Part shown: one piece after another, positions 40,338 to 52,910 of the stretch
How positions within the stretch are numbered: the stretch's first letter is position 1
How the letters are laid out: each line of letters opens with the position of its first letter
Assembly: GCA_965153285.1 (NCBI GenBank)
Contig: OZ229111.1
DNA length: 64,000 nt
Reading direction: 5' to 3' (one strand)
Source of the DNA: Podarcis tiliguerta
Lineage: Eukaryota
The notes under the pieces: generated by a model
Told to the model about the DNA's origin: nothing
Seen by the model: only the letters and a program-made list of their open reading frames with translations
Database searches by the model: none
Position numbers and translations under genes: made by a program

Positions 40338-40355
40338 CTTTTGAGCCTGAGGAAG
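40338..40355 (-). CDS. CACNA2D3: CACNA2D3 18-nt microexon (about exon 14), LPQAQK
   Basis: ttgttcttgtttttttccag|CTTCCTCAGGCTCAAAAG|gtaaac. Supplies the LPQAQK that precedes L[AT]DDQG in mammalian alpha2delta-3. Confidence 0.93.
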
Positions 40356-41294
40356 CTGGAAAAAAACAAGAACAAAATAGAACAAGCCATCATTATATAA
40401 TTGATGTGATATATTAACGTGAGTTTAGCTGCTTCATTAATTTAAAAAAATCACCAAGCTAATAAAAATAGAGGAAGTAACAGGAGAAATATTTCCAATT
40501 AATTCAATCTGCTGCATAAACATGGGACTATAGGAGGAACGAAAGGACAGCTTCTCTGCTAAATATCACTAGCACTATGCAATTTGTTAAAACACTGCAG
40601 TGCTAGAGGAAAGGGATGGTTTCCCCAAAAGATATGGTATCACACTTGAATTGTGAAGTTCCATCTTCCTGTACACAAATATAATTCAACGTAGAGGTAA
40701 CTGCATCATTTAAAAGGCCTTTCCTGGATCTTTAAGGCCCCTCTTACAGTTAAGATCCATTCCAATTAATGGACCATTCAAAATACACATTCATAATTGT
40801 GTGTGCACATATTTAAACACAAATATGAGCTGCATTTGAGTGCCTGTGCATAAGACACAATTATGATTTTGTAAACGAAAGCTTCATGCTACTAAATGGC
40901 AGGATGCTACTGTTACTACTGAAACTGTCACAATTATTTGAGAACTGAATTGCAAGAACTGTAAAATCTGTGCCATTTGTCTTACGTACTCCAAACCGAT
41001 CAAAGTTGCTGTTGATATCTAAATAAAGGCATACGCCGGTGTAAAGCTACACACTAATTTATGTCACTGAAATCAGTGTGAGAGATGATTTAGAGATTTC
41101 AGCAGGAGAGCTGAGAAAGTATTTGACCCTTCTGTAGAAGTCACTACGCCACTGAAATGCTTAACTTTGCCTACATTACTCCCAAAGAAGACATGCTGAT
41201 TCAGTCCACATAGATGTACTCATCAGGTATACCATGAGCTACGACTCAAATGAACAATCCAAAATAGGGCTCTACAACTGTATATCATACATTA

Positions 41295-41697
41295 TAGGGA
41301 TGAAGGAGAAAATGGCTTGCATTTTAATATGAGCATACTTAACTTGCCCTTCCCAAACAGTTATATGACTTGAAACACAGCTATCCTTCAAACTTTGCAC
41401 TACTCTCGTTTTTGCAGTGTAGATCCACAGTGCACCAAAGTATACAAAAAGGTGTATTTTAAGCGAAAGTGCGCATACACACCAAGTATATTAATGAAAA
41501 CAATGTGCAAAAGTGCATCATATTGGTGAAAACTTCCTGAAAAAAATGCATACAGAAATGCGCAATGTGTATGAAAATACATACAGGTTTTTGTGAGAGC
41601 TTTTAAGTAAGCATTGCAAAGTGATGTGGAAATGGAGTGAACTGAACTTGAGACTGGAAAAGTGAGAAATCCAAAGGGACAGATTTGTCCATCCCTA
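41295..41697. mobile_element. non-autonomous DNA transposon (hAT-like) with TAGGGATG/CATCCCTA ends
   Basis: Terminal inverted repeats; AT-rich internal repeats; imperfect flanking duplication ATACATTA / (CAC)ACACATTA. Confidence 0.6.
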
Positions 41698-42672
41698 CAC
41701 ACACATTACTAGCTAGGTAAAACAACTACATTGCATAGTCCCAACTCCAGGGGTAGGAGGGTAGCCACTATGTCTGGTATTTTGTCAATAAAACTGAGCA
41801 TTAACCAGTAGAGTCAATTACAAGCCCCCCCCCACCGCCAACACACCCACACACCAATCCTTTAGTATTTTCATTCAAACTCAATTAACTTCCAAGCATG
41901 AAGTGCCTGTCTTGATCTGATCCCCTAAGAAACCGTGTCAGCAGCAAGTGCTTTCATTAGAAGCATCAGATGAAGACAGAAAACAACAACACATTTAGAA
42001 AATGCATTGCGTGCAATGTAAAAACACAGATCAGTATTAGCCAAAGAGAACAGCTGATAAAATACTTCCCAGCTGGAATCTACAAGTTGCTGACCTCTTC
42101 CTTAAATATTCTTCTTCCAATTTAGTAGGGAGATGCTGAAAGTTTCCAACAGACAAGTGTAAACATTGCAGGAAGAACCCATGTTCCTCCTAGCCAATTT
42201 GACTTCCATCCAGTCTTGCTTGCACTGACTGCCATGCCTTCAGTATCATCAATTGCTTGTTTCAATAACAGGTTTCCATGTATGCTTCTTCACACATGCT
42301 AGCTCATGAGTTTTACAGTCTCAGGGCTGACATGCATCAACAGGGATTCTTGCCCATTTTGCTCATGGGAATAAGAATGGCTTGGCTGGGAAGGGTTAAA
42401 AAGAGAGAATTATCCTCTGAATTGAAATGGTTCTGGATTAGAACCCTGAGAAGTGCTGCTGTGACATCAATGCCATGCTCCAGAATTTGGAAATCTTACC
42501 AGCACTGAAGCTGAGGCCTCTAGGCTAAAGCATATTGGGTGGTATCCAACTAAACAGCTCTGCTGGTGCAAGCAATTTTGGCTACACAATGGCACTTCCT
42601 CTCCCTCTCCTTTCCACTTTCTCCTAAATATAGTATGGGGTTTTCCCTAACCCTATGGAGCAGATCTGTGGT

Positions 42673-42793
42673 AAGGTTACCAGACTTCCCCGTTTCCCGG
42701 GGACAGTCCCCGGATTTACAAATCACTCCGCATACAAAATCAATTGAAGTTGAAAAGTGTCCCCGGATTCATTGAAAAAAATCTGGTAACCTT
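42673..42793. mobile_element. small MITE nested in an older repeat
   Basis: Perfect 12-bp TIR AAGGTTACCAGA / TCTGGTAACCTT; CpG-retaining interior with GTCCCCGGATT twice; no clear TSD. Confidence 0.7.
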
Positions 42794-42929
42794 GGGGCAT
42801 GAGGTAGTTGGAAGAGAGGGAAAGGAAGTGCCGTTGTACATCCAAAGATGTTTGTAGAAAACCAGTGGAGCTATGTTCAGAATGCATTTTAAGTCATATG
42901 AATAAAACTAAAGGAAGAAGGAAGGGCTA

Positions 42930-43470
42930 GTTAGACAGGAGTGACTGACTTGATGGGGGTAGAGTTGCTTTACTTGCTTCCTGGATAGGTGAGTTGCTGT
43001 TGTTTACTGGGAGGGAAAAGGGCTGGGTTGAGGTGGTGGGGAGGTTGGTGCAGTGGTACGGCACAGCAGAAGCACTGGATTGACTCCACCAGTGCCTTTC
43101 GACAGACTGACCTCTGCACTGCTTCATCTCTCCTGGTACATAGGAGAGGCACATGATTGAAAAGCTAGCGTAGCGTCCCAGTCCCTCAGCTGCGTCTGCA
43201 TTTAGGATAGTCTCTTCCCAAAATCTACTGGACCCAAATGGTTTCCATAATTTTTCAGGGAAGTGTTTGACTGACTCTGTCTGGTTTGGCATTGTTTTAG
43301 GCACACAGGCAACTGACTTAGTAACTCCCAGGTTGTCTCCTCCTCCTTGCCAGGAGAGTTCAAGCATCTTCCTGGTTTACTGAGGGAAACTGAGGGCAGT
43401 GGGGCAGCATGGGAAATGGCTGAAGCGTAGTTAGAGAAAAACTGAACCTGACCATGCATGAGACACAGAG
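42930..43470 (-). mobile_element. possible highly decayed L2/CR1-group LINE ORF2 linker region
   Basis: Broken minus-strand frame VQFFSNYASAISHAAPLPSVSL...PTSPPPQPSPFPS...LSRKQVKQLY...SC loosely parallels the L2 endonuclease-to-RT linker. Resemblance is weak. Confidence 0.3.
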
Positions 43471-43699
43471 GGCACCTGTTACCATATTTATAGTCAAGAT
43501 GTCGTTGAATCTGTGCGGTCTCATCCAGTGGAGATATTCCGCATGGTGAAAAGATTGTGAAGGCTTTGAAATAAACTGTATCAAATTTGAAAATAAAACC
43601 CTATATACATCCCCTGTCTCTTTCCATGGGGACGTAGGACTCACATCCAGTTCTTAGGTTTCATTGGTGATGCAATAAACACTCCAAAAAAGGGATGCA

Positions 43700-44060
43700 A
43701 TTCTATATGGAAAGCTGTATGAAGCACCTTCTCACATTTAGCACCAGGCATTCCTTCTATTTGCAACCCCACTATGCAATATTTAATATACTATATACTT
43801 GCACCCATTTCAAGCAGTACAGTTAATCATATGCATCTGTAGGCATGGGGGTCTGCATTTCATCTTATACTGTAGAAAATGTTAATTGTTTATATAGCCT
43901 GACCAAAACATCACACAGAACTTCACAGAGTAACAGATGGTTACAAGTTGAAAGATTGCCCCATACTGTTAAGCTCATGTAAAAGCTGTCAGCAAACTGA
44001 TGTCCTAGGTATACCTCTGCTCTGTTAATGGCAGCCGTAATTTTTTAAAAAAGTAATACT
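43700..44060. repeat. copy B of the ~350-bp direct repeat
   Basis: See 35550-35890. Confidence 0.95.
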
Positions 44061-44838
44061 TTTGGAAACAATTTCAAATTCACTGGATTGACTTCAGAGG
44101 CAAATAATCTGTAGAATTTAAGGCTCCTCTGACTGTAAAAAAGAAAATATTTTAATTGTTTTAAACAATTTTTAAAATGACTTTAAATGTAGTAGAAGAG
44201 AGAAGCTGATATAAAACATCCTTTTCACATTCAGTATTAGTGCAAGTCATCATTATCAGCGTCAGGCTTTTGACTACCACCTCAGAATTCCAGTACAAGA
44301 AGGAAGGAAGCAGCAGCTCCCAAAGGCTGGTTTTTGGAACAGTGTAGTCCCTGTAATAGCTCATTCATCAGACTTGAGAATGAGGAACCTTAGCAGTCCC
44401 CAAGTGTTGCTTGCCTTGCAACCCCAAGGAAGATTCAAATTTCCGCAGTCAGGGGGAGAGGGGAAGGAACCCTCAGCACCCCTTCTACACACACATGGCC
44501 TGAGGACTTCACACTTGCTTGTGCTTCTCCTGGTCCACAGAGTCAGCGATGGCCTTTAATTTATTCCTATCCCATCTTTCTTTCATCATGGATCCCCAAA
44601 GCAGTGTGCATGTGTTCTGGTATCCTCATGTCCAGGCAACTGACCAAACCAAGCTACTGACATTGCAAATGAATCTCAAAGAGACTGAGAAAGTGATCAT
44701 AATAAGGGCAGAAGAAGGCTGATAAGGGAAAGGCAAGGCAAACAACGCAGATCGTACACTCTCAGACAAATGGACAAAATGTTTTTAAAGCACAAATCAC
44801 AAGCCTGAGGAGTAGACAGCTGGAGAGTACACACACAT

Positions 44839-44865
44839 GAGAGAGAGAGAGAGAGAGAGAGAGAG
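44839..44865. repeat. (GA)n microsatellite
   Basis: Direct reading. Confidence 0.95.
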
Positions 44866-47542
44866 ACTCTGCTCTGGGTAAAAATGAGAAACAACCTGGT
44901 CAAGAGCAAGAGAGGAGCCAGTAATGGACAAAGACTTGTGATTCCTGTATTTGGGCACAAGAGGGCAGCATAACTTATTGATGCCATGCATTTACCACCT
45001 CTGGAAAAATGCCTATTTTTTGGGGGGGGGGGAATAGTTAACTCATAGGAAAAATAACTCATAGGAATGAACAGATCAGGTCAAAGTGACATGGATTACA
45101 AATTTGACCATCCCTACCTCTAAACCAAATAAAATAAAGATAAAGTTAAGGCACTGTCTGTTCTTGGTAATCCTTGCTCTGTCACATGTGCCCAACCTAA
45201 CCCTGTGCCTGTTGACAAGCACATGGGCCAGGGTAGACAGCTTATGAAGAGTATATAAAATGACCCTGACTAAACTGTAGCTCAGTTGAGTTGGGGAAAT
45301 GTTTCTAAAACTTTATTCAAACAGTTATACAATTTTTATGAACTCTCACATTTGCACAGCATTACTGATCCCTAGTCTTGGGAGTGTACCTAAATGGTGC
45401 CCTGCTTTAAAGGAGAAACACAATGTTCACGTAGGTCGCTCAGCTGTTTGACAAAATGTTCTCATTCCTCAAAACATGCTAATTTCAACACAGAATTCAA
45501 AACTCATTAAACTTTGGCTCAGCTTTTGTATTTTGACAACATGAATTCACCTATTATGATATGCAATGATCCTTAAGGAAATTCTAGCTGTTTGGTAAAC
45601 TTTAGCAAGAGTATAGGAAGAGTTTTAGCTCCCGTGGAGCCGGAAGAAAGATTGGTTAAGTTTGGTATGTTGCAGAAAACCTCTCTCAATTAATCTTTTT
45701 GATCCACAAATATTAATAAATATATAGGGCAGGGTTCAAATAGGGTGCTGCATGCATGGAACGAGGTCCACTTGTGCAATGGGATTTTCACCCCACTCCT
45801 CCAACTGTGTGCCCCCACACTTTCCTCCCCACTGTGTGCAGGCAGGAGAGGGCAGGGGAAGTTTTATTGTGCGAGCAGTCTCCATCCAACAGACACATAG
45901 CCCACTAAGTACTAAAGTACTATGTTGCATTCCACCCATCACATTGGGTCATTTTGGCCCCTTTCAGAAAGTGGCATATATATTATACTGAACTGGCCTG
46001 ACTTTTGGTGCTACTGCCTCTCATCTGAAAGGCTTCTTTAAAACATCATATTCCTAATAATTACAAGAAAGTATAATAAGAGTACTAAAACATCACTATT
46101 TGTTGACTGTTTGCCTTCAAATATAGTCCTAAAATGCTGTCATAGTAAATATAAAATTGAAAAAAAGTTTAGTAACTGCAGCACAGACCAAGAAATATCC
46201 AGTTCAACAACGGATGCTTTCACGTCTTTTTTAAAAAGGTTGATTAGCCATTATTAACTAAGGGTTAGTTAAATAAGGGTTAATTACTAAGGGTCTGACT
46301 TGCTGGACACATAGAGACAATCAACTACGGTAAGTCATAACCAGAGGAGATCAATGTACTTAATTCCATTTATCTGAATGGATGTGCTCTGAATATGACT
46401 AACACTAGGTATCACCACCTAGCTCAAGATCTAAGGAACCATTGTGTGATACATCTTCATTCTGTTGCTAGACTGTTTAGAAGTCAGTTGTATGAAGCAT
46501 AAGCAACTCACATTAGACCTGGTTAGGATTTTCTTTGAAATTATTTGTGCTGCTTTGACTGACACTTTCCCTCCTGAGAGGCCACAGGAAACAAACAATT
46601 TTCATAACAGTAGAAGCAAGTGTTCTTGGCTGACCCTTTACAGCAGAGCATACAAATTACTTATCTCTGCAAAACCCGATGGGTACTGTTGACTCCAGTG
46701 GTTTCTTCAGGCTCTGCCAAGACAAGTGTTGAGCAAAAGAAAAGGCTCTTCAAGCTTTCTAATCCTCAAAAGCAGAGTGTAACAGTTCTTTTTCTTGCAT
46801 CTAATGGAAATCGTTTCTCCCCCTTCCTCATACCTTTGCCCAAGTCTTCGAGTATTATATGTCATCTGTTTGTCTTTTTAATGCTGGCATTTTTAATTCA
46901 GCTTTTTAATTCAGCATTTTTAATTCAGGTTCACATTAGTATCTTACTTAAATAAAGTGCAAATAATCATGATTCAGTTTCAATCCCTTTCTATGTCTTG
47001 CACATGTTTATCATTTTTATTATATATATTTTGCTAATGTTTTACAAGGCAGACTTATAGGCCAGTCAAAAACAATATCCACTTGGAGGTCCCACTGAGT
47101 TCAATGAGACTTACTAGGAAGGATGCTTAGGACTGCGGTCCAAGTAAATTACAAGACAAATATTTAAGGAAGAAAAGACAAAGCTGGCTGTTTGGAGCAC
47201 TGGGGAATATAAAAACAGCTCAGATGAGAAATCACCAAAGCTCACTTTTCATTATTGGAGGATATTCAATAATTACAACACAAGAAGGGCCTCAATCTGG
47301 CTCTGGTCCTACACTTTAGTGGCTAATTTATTCATGGTTCCTCTTTTCCATTGCATTTGTGGCATTAAAATATGTTAGGAAATTGCATTACAAACAATGA
47401 GCATGATAATAAACAGCTTTCCAACACACCTAGCACGTGCTTTCCTTTTTTATTGTCATTTGTTAAAATCTGAGAAAAAATATTTTTTATGTTTACAGAA
47501 TGTTTTTAAATTATCTACCACTCTATACCTACAGGAAGTAGG

Positions 47543-47565
47543 GTGTGTGTGTGTGTGTGTGTGTG
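47543..47565. repeat. (GT)n microsatellite
   Basis: Direct reading. Confidence 0.95.
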
Positions 47566-48099
47566 ATATGCCAGTTGATATGTGGATTTCACATAGCCCT
47601 GTTCTATGCATGTATGCTTGGAAGCAAACCCTATTAAGTACAAAGAGGCTCGCTTTCTTGTAAGTCTGCACAGAATGATCGCCATAAGCAAGCAAGTTGC
47701 CCAATCATTTAGTGGAGGGGGAGCTGCAGACACTGAACACATTGAGCTATTAACTCAACTAAAACAAATCATGGAACTCTAGTGCTGAGCAGAACTCTCA
47801 TGTCTCAAACAAATGATTAGAAGGTCAGCCAAACAAGGACCACTGAGATTCTTTTTGAAAAGAAAGAAATCAAAAAAAAGGTGCCAGGCCCAGAACTGTG
47901 CTGCTATATGTATCATGCCATTTGACTAAAAAGAGAATGTTATCCCAAAGTCTCTAGTTTGGTTATGATGTACTGTTAGATGATTAGGAACACCTAATAA
48001 AGAGGCCTCCTTCTCCAATGAGATCTGTGAAAGGTAACTGGACCCCATTTTTCAACTTTTTGGTTGTGATGATTTTGGAACTGAAACTATGATACTAGG

Positions 48100-48520
48100 A
48101 GTCAGTGATCCTCCATGCGTTTGTCTAATCCCATGTTAAAACCATCCAAGTTGGTGGTCATCACTAAATGGCAGCAATTTCCCTTATTTTAAGTTCATGC
48201 TTTACAGTTCCCTCCCACATCACCTATTAGTCCTGCACAACCTCATACCCTGCGTTGAGAGGGATAGCTTCCAAGGCCTAAGCCAAGTTTCCTACACCTG
48301 AAATGCAATAAAGTTGTGTCCTAATTTGAACCCATAGGCTGGTGTCATGTCTCCTTCTTGGGGGGGGGGGAGGCTCCAGGGACAGGGGTTCAGCGTGTGT
48401 GCTCACAATTTCCCTTAGTTTAATTGTGCAGCACAGTTCAGTTTGTCTTGAATCTTCCACCTCTGAGCTTCCTTGGATGACCCCCAGTTCCAGTGGTATA
48501 AGAGACAGATAATGTTTTGC
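48100..48520 (-). mobile_element. interrupted CR1 3' ORF2 fragment
   Basis: CCTCCATGCGTTTGTCTAATCCC...CCATCCAAGTTGGTGGTCATCACT (~48110-48165) and TGTCTTGAATCTTCCACC...TTGGATGACCCC (~48445-48485) are reverse-complement CR1 C-terminal motifs. Unrelated sequence lies between them. Confidence 0.55.
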
Positions 48521-51500
48521 AGGAGGTATCCCATTTTACAACACTGCTTTCTATTCCCTGAAAAACAGAATCTCGGTTTCGCTTGGATTGCTAACTTACG
48601 TTTGATCTTGTTGTGCACAAGTTTTTAAAACTTTCTTTTAAGACCTATGTCTCATTTGAACGGATGGGTTTTTATTATTGGCTTATCTTTTATTTGCTTT
48701 TTCATCACTGCATAAATGTAATTATAGTTGTTTTATATAGTTAATGGGTTGTCTCCAATGATTCTTGAGAAAAAGTTTGGAACGGGAGACTGAAGAGGGG
48801 AGGAACTGGTGAAAACAGCCTCCCCCAAACTCCTCTCCCATTCAGGAATTGTTGGATATTCATACGTATGTAAGATTTTATTAGCATTGTGAAACATATG
48901 CCTTGTTGAATGGAGCCAGGCAATGCCAAACCACGTCTGCAATTGGGAATGGGGGAGACATTCCATTTTGTTGGCACTTAAGAGTGAACTTTGTAGCTTG
49001 CACTTTCCAAAACAGGATGTGAACCGAAGCACGGCCATCCAGCAGAATTTGCATTTCATAGGGTTTTGTAGGTTTATATTGCTACTGTCCCATTCTACTG
49101 CTTCCGCTCTTGGCAGAGCAAAGAAGAGGCTGTGCCTTATCAAGCCATACTAGGCTGACTTTGTTATTAGCCCTCCTCCACAACTTGACAGCAAAGGGGG
49201 AGTCATTTCCTGCCTGTCTACCTACTGGGTAGATAGGACAGGGAACGGCCACAATAGCAAGAGTGGGGAAACACAGGCCCAGAGCCAGCTGTGGCCCACC
49301 AGGCATCTCTACCCCCCAGCTCTCTCTGGCCCTTGGAACTGTTCTCACTGGACCAAACTTTTTTTTTTGTCTGGCTGGACTGTGTCTTGCAACTCTGATA
49401 ATGCCTCTTACTTGGAAGGAATGGACTGCACCGAAGTACAATATCATTGGGTGGAAGACTGTTCCTAAACTGTTTTAACTGCTTCTTGAATGTTTTTAAC
49501 CGTAACTGATTTTAGATGTTTTAAATTGTAATCATTTTTTGGGGAGGGGGGAACGTCATACTCTGCGTAGAATATTTTTGTTTTGCTTTTGTTTCATCTG
49601 TCTGCTGAGCTCCTGGGGGAGGAAGAGTGGGGTGTAAATTAAGTGAATAAATAGTAAGATTTAAATTAATTCCTCTGCTCACTGTGGTCTCTGGTCCTGC
49701 CCGTCACTGGCATGTGACCTTCAGAAGATGCCCCAGAACGTCTATAAAAATAAAAACAAATTAAGAATTCTGAAATGGCTCCTAAATTCGGAAACAATGC
49801 AGGCCACCAGTGGATTTTCACCAGATTTTGTAGCGAGTATGGTAGGCCACCTTCAGTGAGCATGTATTTGGAAGAAGATTTTGTATTTTCCACAAGTGGA
49901 AATGTATCCCTTGAATGGGTGGCTGAAGAAATGTTACTATTCCTCTCAAACTCACATGAAAGCAGAAAATTAAATTTGTATATATATAAATCATTAGGAA
50001 AAGGCTAAGATACCCAAAATGGGAGCTACTCCTCTCCCCTAGCTTAATATAATTGATTTAAACTCATATGGTGGAAGTATTTCACATCCCATATGAATAT
50101 CCAAAAATAAATGAATGGGCAAGAATAAGAAAAAAGAAGACATGCATATATGCATATACACACACATTGCAGATGTCATGTATTGCAAATTGATGTCACT
50201 TTCCAGTCATTTTGGTTAAATTCACCATTATATCCCACCTTCAATAAGCTTCCGATACAAATTACAGGGCATAGCTGTGGCTTTCCCCACCTTTGCTGCT
50301 ACCATTGCTCTTAGCACTTATTGGCTGCCGTACAAAGATGCTTGCAAAGTAGAAAGCATAATTTTAATTACTGCCAAGCCTAATCATTTTTAAACGAGGT
50401 ATTTATGAAAATTGATGGGAAGGTGAAACACAACAGCAGGACTATCATTTCTCGCACAGGAGTACTCTGGCACGAAAGGAAAGGGGCATCGACGGATCAC
50501 GTAAGTGTATGGAACACACACACACATTTATTTATTTTCTAGTTTGTGACAAATTAGAAAAAGGAATGACAGGTATAACAACTCGTGTAAAAGGGCAGGA
50601 AAATAAATGGCCCTGTATATAAATGCTTCAGCATATGTAACTCTGGGTGTGTATGGCCCTTTAATTACAGGATTATAGAAGGTGGTGGCATGGGTTCACG
50701 TCTTGAGTGTTTCTGTTAAGAGGGCTTCTGAGTGTCTTCTTTGCAGTTATTGGCCAATCAGGGGAGATTAGGCCTAGTTGGGAAGGAATTAATCTTAAAC
50801 CCTGAAGAGCTTGGCTTAGGTAAATTAGAATATTCATAAATTATGAGGGGCATCCTAATTTCTGCATTGTTAAGTGGATACATTCTGTCAGGCGATGGTG
50901 TGCTTTTGTTAATTGTCTCAGAGTTTCTGCTTTTGCATATAACTCTCTTTCCGTCACTGCGGGCAGTGGGCCACAACCCCGGGATGTGCGCCAGCCACGG
51001 CCCCACCTGCTCTCCACCCCCAGTGCCAGAGCATGATGCTCCACCACTGGATTACACACATTCCCCCCACACCACCCTTATGTTCCCAAAATTGTTTCCC
51101 TCCCCACACCTGCAGCTAGAATCTCAGAATGGATAGTCAAGGGACAGACCTCTAGCCCTATTTGGGTGTTATTTATCTCCGGAGTGGACTATTTGTAGGG
51201 ATGGTGAGGGGAGGAAAGTAAATAAATATCAATTGTTGCTTTTTTTAAATAACTTTTAAGATTTGATGAACATATATTCTCTGGTAAAGATAGCAACACA
51301 AAGCATGTACCCAATGTAACCTTTCCCAGCCTGGTCCCCTCTAGATCTAGTGTTTTATGGTTTATGGAATATTGTGCAAACAAATGCTTTACATAGTAAT
51401 GCACCATGGGAGTATTGTGACAACAATTGAAAGAGACTTGCACCTGGGACCCCAGAACAGCAACATTCCACTCCATTGCCATAATACAAACCTAGTAAAG

Positions 51501-51630
51501 GTTTGTACTATGGTTTGTATATTCAATACTATGCATATTCACTTAGATGTAAGTCCCATTGTTTCTATTTGAGACTATGTCTAGGTAAGTTTGCAAAGGA
51601 TTGCAGTCTGGCACAACTAAAACAAAAGGA

Positions 51631-51760
51631 TGCATCTGATAAAGGAGAATGTAACCTACCAAAGCTCATGACACAATCCTTTCATTAACTTCTATGATGC
51701 CACAGACAGGATCCGTGTTTGAGTTTACTTTAAAAGACTAGCATGGCTATTCTTCTGGAA
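51631..51760 (+). mobile_element. Penelope-like element terminal fragment
   Basis: TGCATCTGATAAAG...CCTACCAAAGCTCATG...GATGCCACAG...AGACTAGCATGGCTATTCTTCTGGAA follows the same reptile Penelope end consensus as 32172-32255. Confidence 0.6.
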
Positions 51761-52910
51761 TGTTGCATCTGCCTCATAGTTTTTCATGTGTATTTTCCAA
51801 TACTTTTCCAATTCGTTTGTGAAAAGTTCAATTATGTCTAGTGTCGCCAACAGGAACTGATGACAGTACAATCAGTTTCTTGTTCGATAGCTTTACTCTG
51901 AGCAATGGACGGTGCACACCATCTGTTAATAAGTCTGAAGTTAACACACTTCACTACTAGTTTTTAAAGCTACAGCTTATGAATTAGCTGCTCTGGGTCA
52001 TTTCAGGGAGCTGCTATGTAGAATGAGTATAGTTTTGCAAAGGGATACATACTTTGTTCTTTCTCCATACTACAAACAACTCTGTAAAAGACATGTAGAA
52101 ACTGTAGGCTGACTGGAAACTACAGAAACCAGCCCAAGGGAATAATTGGAATGTTTCCACCTTCCGCCATTAATGCATTTTCAAAAATGAGAATTTTGCA
52201 TAAAGTTGATTACTATTTTTTTTAAAAAAAAACCACCACACATTAGTGTGTCTTTTCCTCGTTTGATCTAACGCATGAGAAATGCAGAAATAAATTCTTC
52301 CTTCATTTAATGATTTGTTGCCTTTTGATTTTCAGGTTTGGGTCCTGACAGGCACAACTAAATTTCCAGTGTAAACAGGTCTGAAAAATCTAAAAGCATT
52401 CTTTGTCCTCTTAGAGAAAGGGGTTGTACATCAATGACAAGTTGAAAAATTCCTTGCCCTGCTATATCTCCAGCACACAGGTGTGGAAGACATGTGTAGA
52501 GAAGAGTTCCCATTGGGATATTCTGGTAAATCAAAACTGAACACCAAGCCTGCTGCCTGTGATTTATACAGATAATATTCCATAGCAGAAGACTGTGAGT
52601 TAAAGAGACAAACCCCTGAGCACTATGAAGAGCATCCTCAAAGATGCAGCACAAGATTCTCTTATAAGCAGTTATCCTGTAAATTCTAAAGTCACTCGGG
52701 TGCAATCCACACTCGAGGTTATTTCGTTTATGAGGTACTGCTGTACTGGTATGTTTCACTAATGAAAATGCAGATCAGGGGTCACAGGGTAAAGAATACA
52801 TGTTTGTACAACATGGTAATACCAACTATGCCTTCCTAGGATCATACTAGCCTGCTGGCTCCCTGTGACTGCTTTGCTCCTTCCTGGTCTTTTCAGCAGA
52901 GCAGCTAAGC

